NCBI GenBank assembly: GCA_051294375.1
Contig: JBJCIZ010000035.1
Location: forward strand, 75,282-139,281
DNA length: 64,000 bases
Direction of reading: 5' to 3'
From: Paraspadella gotoi
Taxonomy: Eukaryota; Animalia; Chaetognatha
Shown here: positions 48,578-61,035 of the stretch, piece after piece
Layout: each line of letters opens with the position of its first letter
Numbering within the stretch: the stretch's first letter is position 1
Translations under genes and position numbers: made by a program
Notes under the pieces: model-generated
What the model saw: the letters and a program-made list of their open reading frames with translations, nothing else
Told to the model about the DNA's origin: nothing
Database searches by the model: none

Positions 48578-49994
48578 AATCATAATAAAAAACATTGTTA
48601 TTAAATTTTCTTTCTCTAAAAATCCAAAAAAGTTTTCCTTCTGTTTTTTCATCATTAACAAAGATTTTAACTCAAAATAAAAAAATGACATTTTTTGATC
48701 AATTTGAAAAATGTTTATCTTAATTAAAAACAACTATATTATTGACTCCAACCCCTGTCACCAAACTTGGTTAAATCTGAATAAATATTTTTATCTATTA
48801 ATTTTTTTTTACAAAATTATTTTGTCTTTCATTAAAAATATTCTAAAAATATTTGGGCTAAAACTAATTGAATTTCAATGATGAACAAATTAAAGTTTTA
48901 TATTTGATAAAGATTTTGTTTAAAAATTAATACCGAAAAATATCCTATTTTGTTATTTTTTTAATTCTAAATTTAATTTAATATTATTTGGTTTTAAATT
49001 ATTGAAGATAATATTTCCCTTTTAAATCTTTTAAAGCTCCTTTCCTCAATTAAAAATTGCTTACTTTTATTCAGTTAACTACTAGGTAAACCAAAAAATT
49101 GTCTATTACCTATTTAAGAAAAAAATTTTGCCTAAGTTCACCCCTTAGTCACCTAAAGGTAATTCATCCCAAATTTTATTAGAAACCGCCTTACCGTTTG
49201 GGCTGCAACTCTTTAAATAGGTTTCTTTTATTTTATATAGTACAAAAAAAATCAAAAAAACGACTACGCCTTTGAAAAAATAGTAAAGTGAATACATTTT
49301 CGGAATAATTTACTATTTTTTTAAGGATTACATATTTTAATCATAATCATAAAAATATTTCATAATTTTAAATGGTTTTCAAGTTAATTAACATAGTTAA
49401 TTGATTTTTTTATAATTAAAAGCATCAAAAACTATTGTGACCTATTTCTAAAAAAAATTTTTTTAAAGATTCATCTTTAAAACAAAGCAATTCATAAATT
49501 TTTTTAATAATATAATGAAATTGTTACAACAAAGATATAATTATTCAAATGATATCCACTATCCAGATTTTATGCGATATCGCATAGAAAATAATAATTT
49601 TGTTAATGAACTGAAACTAATGTTATAGTTATAGCAATTTTACCAAAATTAGGTTAAGGGTTAGTGTTTAGTTTTAACATTTGAGGTAGTTGTAATTCAG
49701 GTTGAATAAGTAAAAGTTAGCATTACGATCAACAAGGTTGTTGTAGTTATACCCAACTGGAAAGTTACAGATGGGATAAGTTTTATGGGCGATGATAGGT
49801 TCAAGGTTCATGCTTGGCCTTGGACGCGAAGCTGAGGTTAGGGCTAGGGGAGGGACTTACGTGGGATGCTAGGATAGAAATGATTTATATTTTAATTGAA
49901 TTTTTGTGTAATTTTTCTTTCTTTTCGTTGTTCAATAAGACAGCAGATTCGAAAACGAAAGTTTTTAGTATTTTTACAATGATTTTATTACAAA

Positions 49995-50042
49995 GTATTG
50001 GACATGTTTTGACTCTTGTTTTCGAGTCTTCATCAGTATTTG
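49995..50042 (-). ncRNA. Degenerate hammerhead motif
   Basis: CTGATGA-A-GACTC..GAGTC-AAAAC-ATGTC (GAAA changed to AAAA). Confidence 0.6.
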
Positions 50043-50284
50043 ACAGTTGTATTTTTCACAATCATAAAGTTGGGGATAGAGAGAGATTGAGAGAGAGAGA
50101 AAGATTCCAACAAAGAATTGAGAAAGGACAGTGGTCAGATTTAAAGGACAGGTGAAGGCAAGGACAGGAGATAGGGGAAATAAGTTGATTTTGAAATGGT
50201 GAAAAAAAAGAAGGAGAGAGGGAGAGAAACATTACATTTCTAAAATGTAATGTTTCTTTTACACAAATTTGTAAATGCATCACT

Positions 50285-50333
50285 AACGCTGATGAAAACT
50301 CGAAAATAAAGAGGTCGAAAACATGTCCGTATA
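50285..50333 (+). ncRNA. Hammerhead motif in an inverted partial repeat
   Basis: ACG-CTGATGA-stem II-GAAAAC-ATGTC-CGT. Confidence 0.65.
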
Positions 50334-52351
50334 TCATTAAATAAATCTGATATGAAAATATTTTTCAAACTTTGTTTAAATCTTTACACTCAATGAAGCT
50401 GAAAGGATTAATACAATGGTTAAAAATTATTGTATATTAAAAAAATTATTTTATTTAATAACAAAATATTTGTATATAAAGTTAAACCAAACTATTACTC
50501 TTATCCATACAAAATTTATATGCAGATATCATTTTTAAATTTTTTTTAAAATAAAATTATATTTATATATTATAAAGTAAACATATTTTTTATAATAATA
50601 TCCGAATGATTATTTAAGATAATTTTATCTTATAAATCAATTAACATTTTAGTGATTAAAATTAAATTAATTGCTTTGGATTGCATAGAAGTTTTGGGAA
50701 TTTTCACGTTTTAAAATTATCTAAATTAATTGATTAACCTTAAAGCTGTCGCGTAAGTCGCCTCAAAGCATTTAAAGATATGCAAATATTCTCTTACCGA
50801 TGGATTTAAAATAAGTTATATCTTAAAATAAATAGTAAATTATAATTTATAACATCATTAAAAAAAAATATTTAAATACTTTTTGCTCTTCAACACCCTT
50901 GGCTTAAGCTAAAAAACTAATAATTTTTGTTAATGAATGTTTAAAAACAGTTAAAATAGGATAGAATACAAATCATATCTCAGAAAGTAATTAATTTGAT
51001 AAGATTATTATCATTGAAAAAAATTAAACTGGAAAAAGCTAAAAAATACTAAAAAAATGGTGAATTTCCATATTTCCTCCGACTCACCCTGGCTCGCGGC
51101 GAAATAAAGTTTTTTTTTAATTAAAACTTTTTTATTTAAAAAGAGCTTGGAAAAACGAACAGAATGACACCCAGACTCGTTTTCTAATTAAAACTTTGTC
51201 GGATTCAAATGTGTCTACTCTGCAGGGGCTTCTTCTTTTTCTCTCTTTTCTTCTGCTTCTTCTGCTGCTGACTTTTGATCTTTCTTTTTTTCTGAGTGCC
51301 TCTGCTGCTAAAAACGATTTGGCTTCTTTCTCTTTCTCTCTCTCTGATTATTTTTTTCCCTCTAAAAACTTTTATTATCGCCATTTATTCCCAAATTTAC
51401 ATCCGAGATTTTTCGTAGATTTTTTTTTCTAAATATTTTAAATATCAATCAGAATAATATTTTTTTAATATATATTTACTTTTTTTTATTTTACTTCATT
51501 TTACTTCACTTTAGTCTTTACTTCACTTCGTCAGTCTGATTCAAGTTTCACATTTGCCTTTTGTCTGGGAATGTTAACAGTGTTTAGAGAGGTCGCATTC
51601 GATCAAACTGCTCGCTTATGCGGGCTAAAAGTAAAACAAAAGTACCTTCAATAATGTCTCTCCAGACTTTGCACTTGCTAAAATTAAGTTATTTTACTGT
51701 TTTATATTTATTATTCTTTATTTTACTTTTTTTTATCTATTTTTTTTTATTTTCTTCATTTTTCTCAAATTTGATTTTTTTAGTATCAAAATTTGTCGTC
51801 AATCCAATTTTTCTTATGGGATTGCGACGATTCGTATGCTTTTAAGATTTTTATGGATAAGATGGATGGATGGACGGACATCGATTTCTTTGCCTAATTT
51901 ATCATGATTTAAGTGACTTACCGACAAAATTTTGGGGGTGGACCGACGAACCGACAAAGTGAATTAAAGAGTAAGGCGTAGTAAAATTTCTAAATTTAAC
52001 TTTAATTAAAATTCTAAAAGTGAGGAATGAACAACATTATATTAATGAACATTTATGTAATAAAAAAAATTATAATAAATTTTACAATTTACGCAGTAGG
52101 CCATATTTTTACTAGTACTAAACCAATAAATGTTAAAATTTCAAAACAGTTTTTATAAGATTTTTTTGCAGATTTGGATTTGAAAAGAAATATATACGAT
52201 CCTTATGCTTTTAAGATTTTTATGGATAAGATGGATGGATGGACGGACATCGATTTTTTTGCCTAATTTATCATAATTTGATGTTCAGACATGATTTAAG
52301 TGACTTACCGACAAAATTTTGGGGGTGGACCGACGAACCGACAAAGTGAAT

Positions 52352-52643
52352 TGTAGAATGCCGAGAATTCTAGCCTGCTCTCCTTTTAATGACTGGCAGA
52401 GTGATTAGTGATAATTAGGGATTTTGGCAGTAAGTTTATTTCATAAACAAGAACGCAATTTAAACAGGATTTTATCACAGGAACTCAGTAACTATTCTAC
52501 AATGACTTTTATACTTTTGCTGAGTAAAGTCTAGAAACTCTATTGGTTGAAAATTACAAGTAAAAATAGATTTGACAGAGCAGACGACGATTTGGGGTGT
52601 GGGCCACGAATCGGCGTCTCTCATTAGTTGGAAATTAGTTACA
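52352..52643 (-). repeat. LTR-like sequence (292 bp)
   Basis: Minus strand TGTAAC...TTCTACA with CCAAT, TATAAAA and AATAAA in order; no TSD seen. Confidence 0.5.
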
Positions 52644-53068
52644 TACAATATTTTTCTTTCCTCAGATACGTCTGCCTTTGGTGGCCAGTACAGAAACGAG
52701 TATTAATGCCTTTTCTTTTACGACTTTCTCGACAGCAATTTACGAGGGTCAAGCGCAGAGATGCAGACGCGATCCGGGAGGCGGACTAAAAACGCGCGGA
52801 GGCGCATACGCCAACACCCCGGGAGGGGGCGAGAACACCGGCCGAGCGCGCTGCGATCGCCCGGAGGAGGAAGGGGACAGACCAGACGCTCGAAAAGACG
52901 ATATAACGAACGACGAGCCACGAGCGCCTGAAAAAGAGCAGACAGGGGTTGAATCGTTCACAACCGCTCACAACACTTTCAAAGAAACAAGAAAAAGAAA
53001 ACAAAAAAAGAACGAAGCGACCTTTTGTTTTTAAAAAGAAAAAAGGAAACGCAAGCGAACCCAACTAA

Positions 53069-54561
53069 GTGAAAAAGAAAACCGAAAGTCTGGAAAGGCA
53101 GGAATACTTGGACCTGCACGCCGGAAAAAGGATCACCCTGAGCAAGATCCCGATACTCATAAGCGATAGATCTGGCGTCCTCCAGCCCATACAGATAGAG
53201 GGAAAAGAAGGAACGAATTTACTGTCTCATCAGGTGGGGACGACAGATGCAGATGGCACTTGTACCGGCGAGTCTCTCAAGTTTCATGGGAGACTGTATA
53301 CATCAGAGAACGCCAAATTGGCGTCAAATCTCACCTTGTATAAGAGAAAGGTCAAGGTGGCGGACCGGGTAAATTCGAAGGCAGGATCCTGTGATGTGGC
53401 GAAGCAGCAGTGCAGCTATCCGGGCGGGATCATCGTGTGGGATGACGCCCAGTGCAGAGCAGTCGTCGGCTACACCGGAAGAATGTACCGATCCCGAGAC
53501 GGGATAATAAGGGCGGTCTCAGAGGCTGACATCAGGAAGGCCATCAACCGATGCCATGATGCCTTCTGAGAGGAGCGGACCAGTATGAGGGATGCTGGAC
53601 GAGCTGCTCGGAGGCAAGGTATCCGGACATCGCCAAAGCACTAGAAAAATGCATGATCATGTGCGGTGGAACCAGCGACGCCGCCTTCACTCTAACCGGG
53701 AGAAAGACGAGGATCTCAAGCTGTGTTAGTCGACGAAACGTCCTCTCCGCATTTCTTCTACGCGCAAGGCCGAATCCAGGGCTTAATACGAGACACATCG
53801 GTGATGGAAGCGCTCCACGAGGCCGCGTCGAAACTCGCGCAAGATAACCAAAAACACATCAACTCGCTCACCCAAGCGGTACGACATGAACTCTGTGTGA
53901 CGCGCGCACGCGAGGCGAGGGCCGCGGCGATTGAGGCGCATCGCTCTCCGGCGGCCACCGCCTTCATCGACCGCGGCGAGATCGCTGTCCTTTGAAGGGG
54001 AGCTACTGGTGACGGCGAGGTGCCGTCAGACGCTCGCCCTACGCCCAGGAATGGAAAAATGTTTCCAGGACTTACCGATAATGTTCGGAGGACGCGAGGC
54101 GTATCGGCATGCCATTTATCCTCATGTCATCGATACTTCATTCGAGACGCCGTGCTCGCCTCCTCCCGTGTACCAACAAGGAAACGAGTTTGTTGACAGC
54201 GAAGGAAACGCTTTCGAAAAATATCAGGCCCTGAGGACGACGCTTCCAGATACGCAGAACCACGTCACGAGCGAAAGCACCATCTACGAAGAAGTGGGCC
54301 AGTTCATGGATCGCCATGCCAAATTCATTGGCCAGACGCAAAGCTTCAACGAGCGTCTAGGCGAGATAACCGCGGGATCTGGAGATCTGGAGCTGGCTAG
54401 TGAACCTGGCGCCACTTCTAGGAATCATCGCTATCGGAGGCGTCGTGGCACTCTGCGTGTGCTGCGGTTGTTGTCAATGCGCGACCGGATGCATTAGGCG
54501 ACAAGCAGAGGCGGTGGGGAGGAACGTCGACGCCGCCATTGGACGAGCTTCAGGGCGTTAG
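53069..54561 (+). pseudogene. Chuvirus-like (class III) viral glycoprotein, 5'-truncated and disrupted
   Basis: GTTDADGTCTG..CDVAKQQC..GGIIVWDDAQC..YTG, HELC, GELLVTARC..CFQDLPI..TPC motifs; frameshifted TM LAPLLGIIAIGGVVALCVCCGCCQC with stop at 54559-54561. Confidence 0.78.
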
Positions 54562-54600
54562 AGACACTCGGCGCCAATCTAAGACTTAGCGCCTCGTTAC

Positions 54601-54989
54601 GGGCGGCGGGGGGGGCGCGTCAGCGGATACGGGATCCGCCTCCCACAAACCGACTCAATCTCTCTCTCCCCCCCTCTCGATCCCTCTCTCTTATTCGATC
54701 GCGGGAGAAACGTGGGCAACGAATCAAGGGGCAAAGATTGGGACTAGGGCAAAGGGGACGTTGCATGGGCCGAGGGAATAGGGAAAGATAAACTGATGAT
54801 TCAAAAGTGAAGCAGCCCTCGGCCCGAATGGTTGTACACTGTACAGATTTTCTAACTTTAATTCATTGATACTTTGCCTACATTGTAAATAATTAAATAG
54901 AACTCATTTTGTGCTGCATTTTCATCTTCGTGATTTATTCACCAAATTAGCGCAAATTGCTCAGCCATTGAGAGCGGTTACCCCTACCA
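54601..54989 (+). repeat. PPT and LTR candidate downstream of the glycoprotein
   Basis: G-rich tract GGGCGGCGGGGGGG 40 nt after the stop, CT-rich block, end GGTTACCCCTACCA; 5' TG not preserved. Confidence 0.45.
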
Positions 54990-57260
54990 GAAGGTAAATA
55001 TACAGTACTACAAAAAGTAAGTAATTTAACTACAAAACAGATAATCTCTTCTTATGAAATACAAAATGTCATATTTAATTAGTCAAAATAATCGAAAGTC
55101 ATGGAATGAAAATTCAATTTCAATAACGTAATCTCAATTAAATTGTTGATAAACAATCATAAGTTTACTAGTTCAATAATACGAGATAAATTTGGAAACA
55201 CAAAAAATAAAGCGAGTAAATATCGAGTAAATTAGTTGCTTACTTTTCACTTTTACTATATACGAGACAAGTTATGATGTGGGGATGCCAGTCGTTCAGC
55301 ACGATGGGGGGATCAAGTTTTTGCTAGAAATCGATATTTTTCGAAATTCCGAGGTCACGCCCATAATAAAGTGAGGCAATATGGGTATTTTCGGAAAACG
55401 TAGGTTCTTGGGAAGAATATGAATGGGGAGCGCGAGCTTTATTTTAACTTTTTAATGTATTAAAATGCATTTGAAATAGATTGGTTCAACCCCTTCAAAT
55501 CTTCCTCTCCATAGACCAGCTCGTTCTTCAATTGTACGCAACAAAAGATCACTTTGACTTTATTTATAGAAAGCATTTGGTTTTCTCCAAGCACATGATT
55601 AAAAAATGGGAAAAAAATTGCAAGCTTGATTGCTTGTTAGGGTAATCAATTAAACAACTTTTTTAATCGTTAATTCCGACCTCAAGCCATAAAAAATGCC
55701 TATTTTGAATACACCGGAAGAAAGCCCATTTTCTAAACGTTAAAATAAATCCTGGGAAATACAAGACATCTTTTTTCCTTCGTTCGAGTCCTTAATATTT
55801 ATCGTTGATGCTCGCACGGGGCTTGTACAGTACCGGAAACCTAGAATGTCGTAAGTCTGTACATGGGATAACTTTTCCATTTATAGGATAAATGGCTTTA
55901 GGATTTTATAGGAGGTTGCCTGGATGTCTGGCTATTGCCCATTTAAGCAATTTTTTAAAAAAATAATCTTAAACCACTTAAAAATTGGGTCAAAATTTTT
56001 TTTTAAAAACTTGCATAGCTCCAATATATTTTAAATTTTTTTCTTAAAATTTTGCTAACTTGTACTCAAGAGGGTTTGTAAACTTCTGTAGAAATATTGT
56101 TACTATCAAAAAGTTTTTACTCATATTTATCAGTGCTAATATTTTAGATGGGTCATTTTTGCAATGATGCATAACTTATTTGTGAATATTATGGTTTTAA
56201 ATTTTAGTAATAGGTGGGCCTTGGGTAGTCCTACAATACATACAAATTTAAATCATTTTGAAAAACTTTTTGGCACAGGTCAAAATTTTTTTTTACAAAA
56301 TTCAACTTGTCAATTCTGCTAACAAATATTATTGCAAATAATGTTATTCTTTGCCTATAAATCAGTTAAAAACATATTTAAAATAAGCCTAAAGCAAAAA
56401 ATTTTTCTCAACATTTTTAAAAAATCATTTGCATATTGTTGCATTTTATATTTTTTTAAATTTTTTCACATAAAAGTAATCCATTTTTTTAAAATATTTG
56501 GTACACAGATAATATATAATCAGACCTTTAAAAATATACCATCAAATCTAATTTTTAATAAATTTCAAATATTTTAAATGTATTTTAAATATTACTAAAA
56601 ATATGGATTTTTAATAAGCATTCTGCTAACTTTTTCAATGTGGGCATCATTGAAAAGAGGGCAACTCAAGGATCCAAATATATAATTTTTTTTACCAAAT
56701 TTAATGTCCCAAAGCTGAGATAATTCTTTCCAAAGTGCTCAAAAATTGAAAATAACACTACTTTTTAATCGTTAATAAAAAATGCGACTATGATAGTTTT
56801 TGTTTCAATACTCGGTAACTAGGTCAAGAATTGTTCATATTTTGTGGTAATGTCATGTCCAGGGAATAAAATAAATATTATAGTAGATTCCTCAATCGAT
56901 TTTTAAATTTGGCAGAACATTTTACTATTTTTTACTAAGTTTTTAGAGTATGATAAACGTTTCTCTGATTACGCAAAATAGAATTTGAGAAATCAAAAGT
57001 TAATAGTACCAATAGTTGGTGTTATGTCTCAAATAGATGAAAAAAAAAACCTTGTTTAAAAATTTGATCTGGAATAAGGGGTAACTTAGGCGTACCAATG
57101 ACATCGTCCATGCCAATCGTTCTTTAAATAATTTTTTTTATTTAATACATTTGAAAGGGGGAAAAAGGAAATTCGAAATGCTGGTGGCATGAAAAGTTAT
57201 AAAAAATCTGGGCATAGTGACTTGAAAATCATGACCTTTTATGTCTTGCGTAATGGGGGC

Positions 57261-57444
57261 AGTAAATAAACCAAAAAAAAATTTCAATCATTAAGTCAGT
57301 CAATCAACCCTTTCAAATAGGTTGTTCTACAAATTTTTAGTGAAGAAAAAAAATTTGAAGGGAAGAGAAAAAATTTTGCAGAACAGTCTATTTGAAAGGG
57401 TTGATTGACTGACTTAATGATTGAATTTTTTGGGTTTATTTACT
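57261..57444. repeat. Short fold-back (MITE-like) element
   Basis: ~75-bp arms AGTAAATAAACC...TTCAATCATTAAGTCAGTCAATCAACCCTTTCAAATAG and its complement. Confidence 0.75.
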
Positions 57445-57450
57445 AACGAG

Positions 57451-57669
57451 AGTTAGTGGCGAGAGCAGCTGATCCGATATACGTAGAGACCGAGGTCTCT
57501 GGATCGATTCCATGTCGCCACTTCTTTTATTTTAACTAAAATTGTTCATGTAGCAAGTTATCTTATATAAGGTAAGTAAAAGTAAATCAAGTAAAAACCC
57601 AAAATGGCTGCTCTGGCTGACGGGGTCAATCTTGGATCCATGATCCATGATTCTGGGATCGAATCTATA
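57451..57669 (+). ncRNA. Two tandem tRNA-like Pol III cassettes, probable LTR 3' fragment
   Basis: AGTGGCGA...GGATCGATTCC..TCGCCACT-TCTTTT; second unit TGGCTGCTCTGG...GGGATCGAATC-TATA; same layout as 29710-29922. Confidence 0.55.
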
Positions 57670-57869
57670 ATGGTACTTGGTAATTTATTATTTATGCTCA
57701 GTAACTAGAAATGAAGTAGCCCTATTAATAAACAAGACGGTGAATCTATTGCAAACGGTAATATTAAATGACAAAGAATAAAAGTATTTTAAATATTAAG
57801 CTCCTATCAAATAATTTAAAACAATTACATGACCAATTCATAAAAGAATACAGTACAAGCATTTATTTA

Positions 57870-58045
57870 ATGAATCATCCCCACATATTTTATCAGCAAA
57901 TCCTGCCAGAAATTATCCCACATCTTTTTGCTGCGTATCATCCCCGCGTCTTTTTGCTGCAAATCATCCCGCGTCTTTTTGCTGCGAATCATCCCCGCGT
58001 CTTTTTTGTTGCAATTCATCCCCGCATATTTTTGCTGCGAATCAT
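57870..58045. repeat. ~26-bp minisatellite (ATCATCCCCGCGTCTTTTTGCTGCGA)
   Basis: About six tandem units. Confidence 0.8.
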
Positions 58046-58332
58046 GTTAGGAATATTGGAGTTAGAATAAATCTTGGTTAACAAAAAATTTTTTTATCAT
58101 TTTATTTAATAAAATTAGCAGATCGTTGATAATTACAATAAAATCTTATTTAGCAGAATGGACAATTGCTATTTGCTATTTCATCGATGCTTAGTAGCGT
58201 TTTTATTCAATTATAATTCTAAGAAAAATTTTGTATATACCCAACCACACATTTATTATCAGTTTAGTTTGAATTTTGAATATTTGAATATTAGACATTG
58301 TGGTATAATCCTTTCTTTTCGTTGTGTAATAA

Positions 58333-59605
58333 TTATTAGAAAAGTTTAAATGAATTTTTAACAACGATTTTATTTTTAATAAAAAACGGACATGTTTCGG
58401 CTTAACTACAAGCCTTCATCAGCATTAAAAAAGTTAGTGAATTTGAAACAAATTATGTGCATAAAGAAAGAGTGAGAGAGAGAGAGAGGGCAAAGTTTCC
58501 AACACAGAGTTGAGAAGGGATAGTGGTCAATTGTGAGGACAGATTAAGGTGAAGACAAATAGAGCCAGTTGTGAAAAGAAATTGAAATGGTGAGAGAGAA
58601 AGAGAGAGTGAGAGAACTTGAAAAATAATACATTGTGCAATGTACAAAAAAAGATAATATTGTTTTAAAACTTAATGATTAGTGTTAACAATTAACTACT
58701 GTGAATAAATAAGTTAGGTGAAGATGAAATTGTTGAAAATTTGAAATGTGAAGGAAATAGAGGTGAGGGATAGTTAAGATTATTATTTATAGTGAAGTAT
58801 AAGAGTTAAGATAGAGCTCAAAGTGACGGCTGCAGGAGGAAGGAGAGTCCACCACTCCTGTCGCAAAAGCGGCAAGAACGGAAAGCCACCCACCTCGTCA
58901 AACAGGCGAGAAGAGGGCAGTCGGCAGGCGTACCAGGCAGAGAGACATCAGAGTAGCCTTGGGTATCTTCCCGCAAGGAAGCCTCCCTAATGCCGCACAC
59001 ATAGGCTCAACGATTTTGTCCTACAGCCACTGACACGTCAATGACCCGACCCACAATCGATCAGGCCTTTCATTTGCACAGCCAGGGGGGCCAGCTCACT
59101 TTGAGCTCTATCTAACTCTTATACTTCACTATAATAATAATTGTTTAACTATCCTCACCTCTATTTCCTTCACATTTCAAATTTCACAATTTATCTTCAC
59201 TAACTATTTACTTCACAGTAGTTAATTGTTAACACTAATCATTAAAGTTTTAAAACAATATTTATCTTTTTTGTACATTGCACAATGTATTATTTTTTCA
59301 AGTTCTCTCACTCTCTTCTCTCCTTCTTCTCTCTCTCTCATCACCATTTCAATTTCTTTTCACAAACTGGCTCTTTTGTTTCACCTTAACTGTCCTCACA
59401 ATTGACCACTATCCCCTTCTCACTCTGTGTTGAAACTTTGCCCCTCTCCTCTCTCTCACTCTTTCTTTATGCACATAATTTTTTCAAATTCACTTAACTT
59501 TTTTTAATGCTGAGATGAAGGCTTGTAGTTAAGCCGAAACATGTCCGTTTTTTTATTAAAAATAAAATCGTTGTTTAAAAATTCATTTCAAACTTTTCTA
59601 ATAAT
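58333..59605. mobile_element. Inverted pair of Penelope-like terminal repeats around a ~270-bp GC-rich spacer
   Basis: ~490-bp inverted arms, each ending in a hammerhead motif; arms related to 48340-48580 and 49990-50240. Confidence 0.65.
58385..58427 (-). ncRNA. Minimal type I hammerhead ribozyme with intact core
   Basis: AATG-CTGATGA-A-GGCTT-GTAGTT-AAGCC-GAAAC-ATGTC-CGTT: stem I AAUG/CGUU, 5-bp stem II, palindromic ACAUGU stem III, GUC cleavage triplet; mirror copy at ~59506-59549 has a GA insertion in the core. Confidence 0.82.
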
Positions 59606-60217
59606 TTGAATATAATTCCAAATGAATTAACCTGGATGCCGCTTCCTCCACTTCCTGGGCCCAATCGTAAACAGCTGGACCCAGCCATCCCAAAACATCA
59701 GCTATATAAAAAAGATAATTTGTTAAATGCAATACACAAAAATGACAATGTTATAAGAAAAAAAAATTAAAAAACAACCGAATGATTTAATACGATTCAA
59801 AAAATAAGGACATGTCTTGAAAAAGATTAAAATAGAAACTATTGAAATGATATGGAATAAAAATATTAAAATTTAATAATCTCGCCAGAATGTTACTATT
59901 GAAAAAATAGAAAAATCTTAAAATCACAATGATCCATCGCTGAATATTATCCACAAAAAAAGCGATTAAAGTCTGGCAAGATAAAAATAATGGTAATGTT
60001 TTATTTATTACAACTTGCTGCACTATATTGGCCCCCTACCTCTTTGTCCGTCTCGCCACTAAGGTCGAGAAGTAACTTGCTGAGAACTGGACAGACGGAT
60101 TCTCCCTCTCGCGTTGTTCTTGCAAAAATGACAGTGGCGCGCTAGACCGCTTAATACCCAAGTCCGGGGGCGAGACAAGGAAGAGTGGCTTGGTGGCGGC
60201 GGGAAGCTGTGTGCGTA

Positions 60218-61035
60218 CATGGTGACAATTCCAAAACCGCTAAAAAAAAAACTACCATTTGCAAAACCATAAAAATTTTTTTAATATTAAATATGAATTT
60301 AAAAATAAAAACCACAACTATTTATATATGTTAATTTTATATGAATCAACCTTTGATATGGCTCCAGAAATGATAGCTGGACGATATATTTGAAAAACGT
60401 CTCTGATTTTTAAACTTATTGTTTTTTAGATTCTATTTTTTCTTTTATTTTCAAAAGTAAGTTTTTTTTCCTGAACAAATATTTAATCAAAATATATAAT
60501 ATTTGATTCAAAAATATAGATTAAATACTATATCCTTCTTAAAATTATAAAATAAAAAATTGTAAAAACAAAAAATTTTCAAATTTTTTATAAATAATTA
60601 ATAATTTTACTGTATATTGTACTACCGTAGTATAAAATTTAACCGGCCCAGCTTTAATTTAAAATATTTTTAAAAAATATTTAAAATTTTAAATATTTAC
60701 TTTAATTCTTTTAATTGAACAAGGCTGGGCAGCTTAATTTTTATGTTAGAGCTTTAGTAAGCATATCATTCTCTTTCAGAGAATATTATATGATAATATC
60801 TTAATAATACTTTGTCCTAAAAGAGTGCTAAAAGTTAGAAGAAAAATTGAATAAAAACAATGAGTTGAAAAATGAGACCCATTATTAAAAAGCCAACTTT
60901 CCTCCACTTTTTCAAAATAAAATCTCAAATGATTGAATCATATAAGATTTTTGGTAATTTCTACTAAAACTTTTAAAATTCAATGGTTTACAAATGGCAG
61001 CGTTTTTTACCAGCGGTTTTAGAATTGTCACTATG
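60218..61035. mobile_element. Tc1/mariner-like MITE
   Basis: TIRs CATGGTGACAATTCCAAAACCGCT / AGCGGTTTTAGAATTGTCACTATG with TA TSD. Confidence 0.85.

Larger units (their letters stand above)
43482..51217. mobile_element. hAT-type element with ~330-bp inverted termini and nested insertions
   Basis: TAGACACATTTGAATCCGACAA / TTGTCGGATTCAAATGTGTCTA termini and perfect 8-bp TSD CTCTGCAG. Confidence 0.82.

Noticed and set aside
54767-54826. Possible hammerhead (CTGATGA inside the 10-bp stem GGGCCGAGGG/CCCTCGGCCC)
   Set aside because: No GAAA after the putative stem II and no stem III; only a hairpin is supported
55300-57110. Possible second Transib-like element starting CACGATG
   Set aside because: No matching right terminus or TSD found
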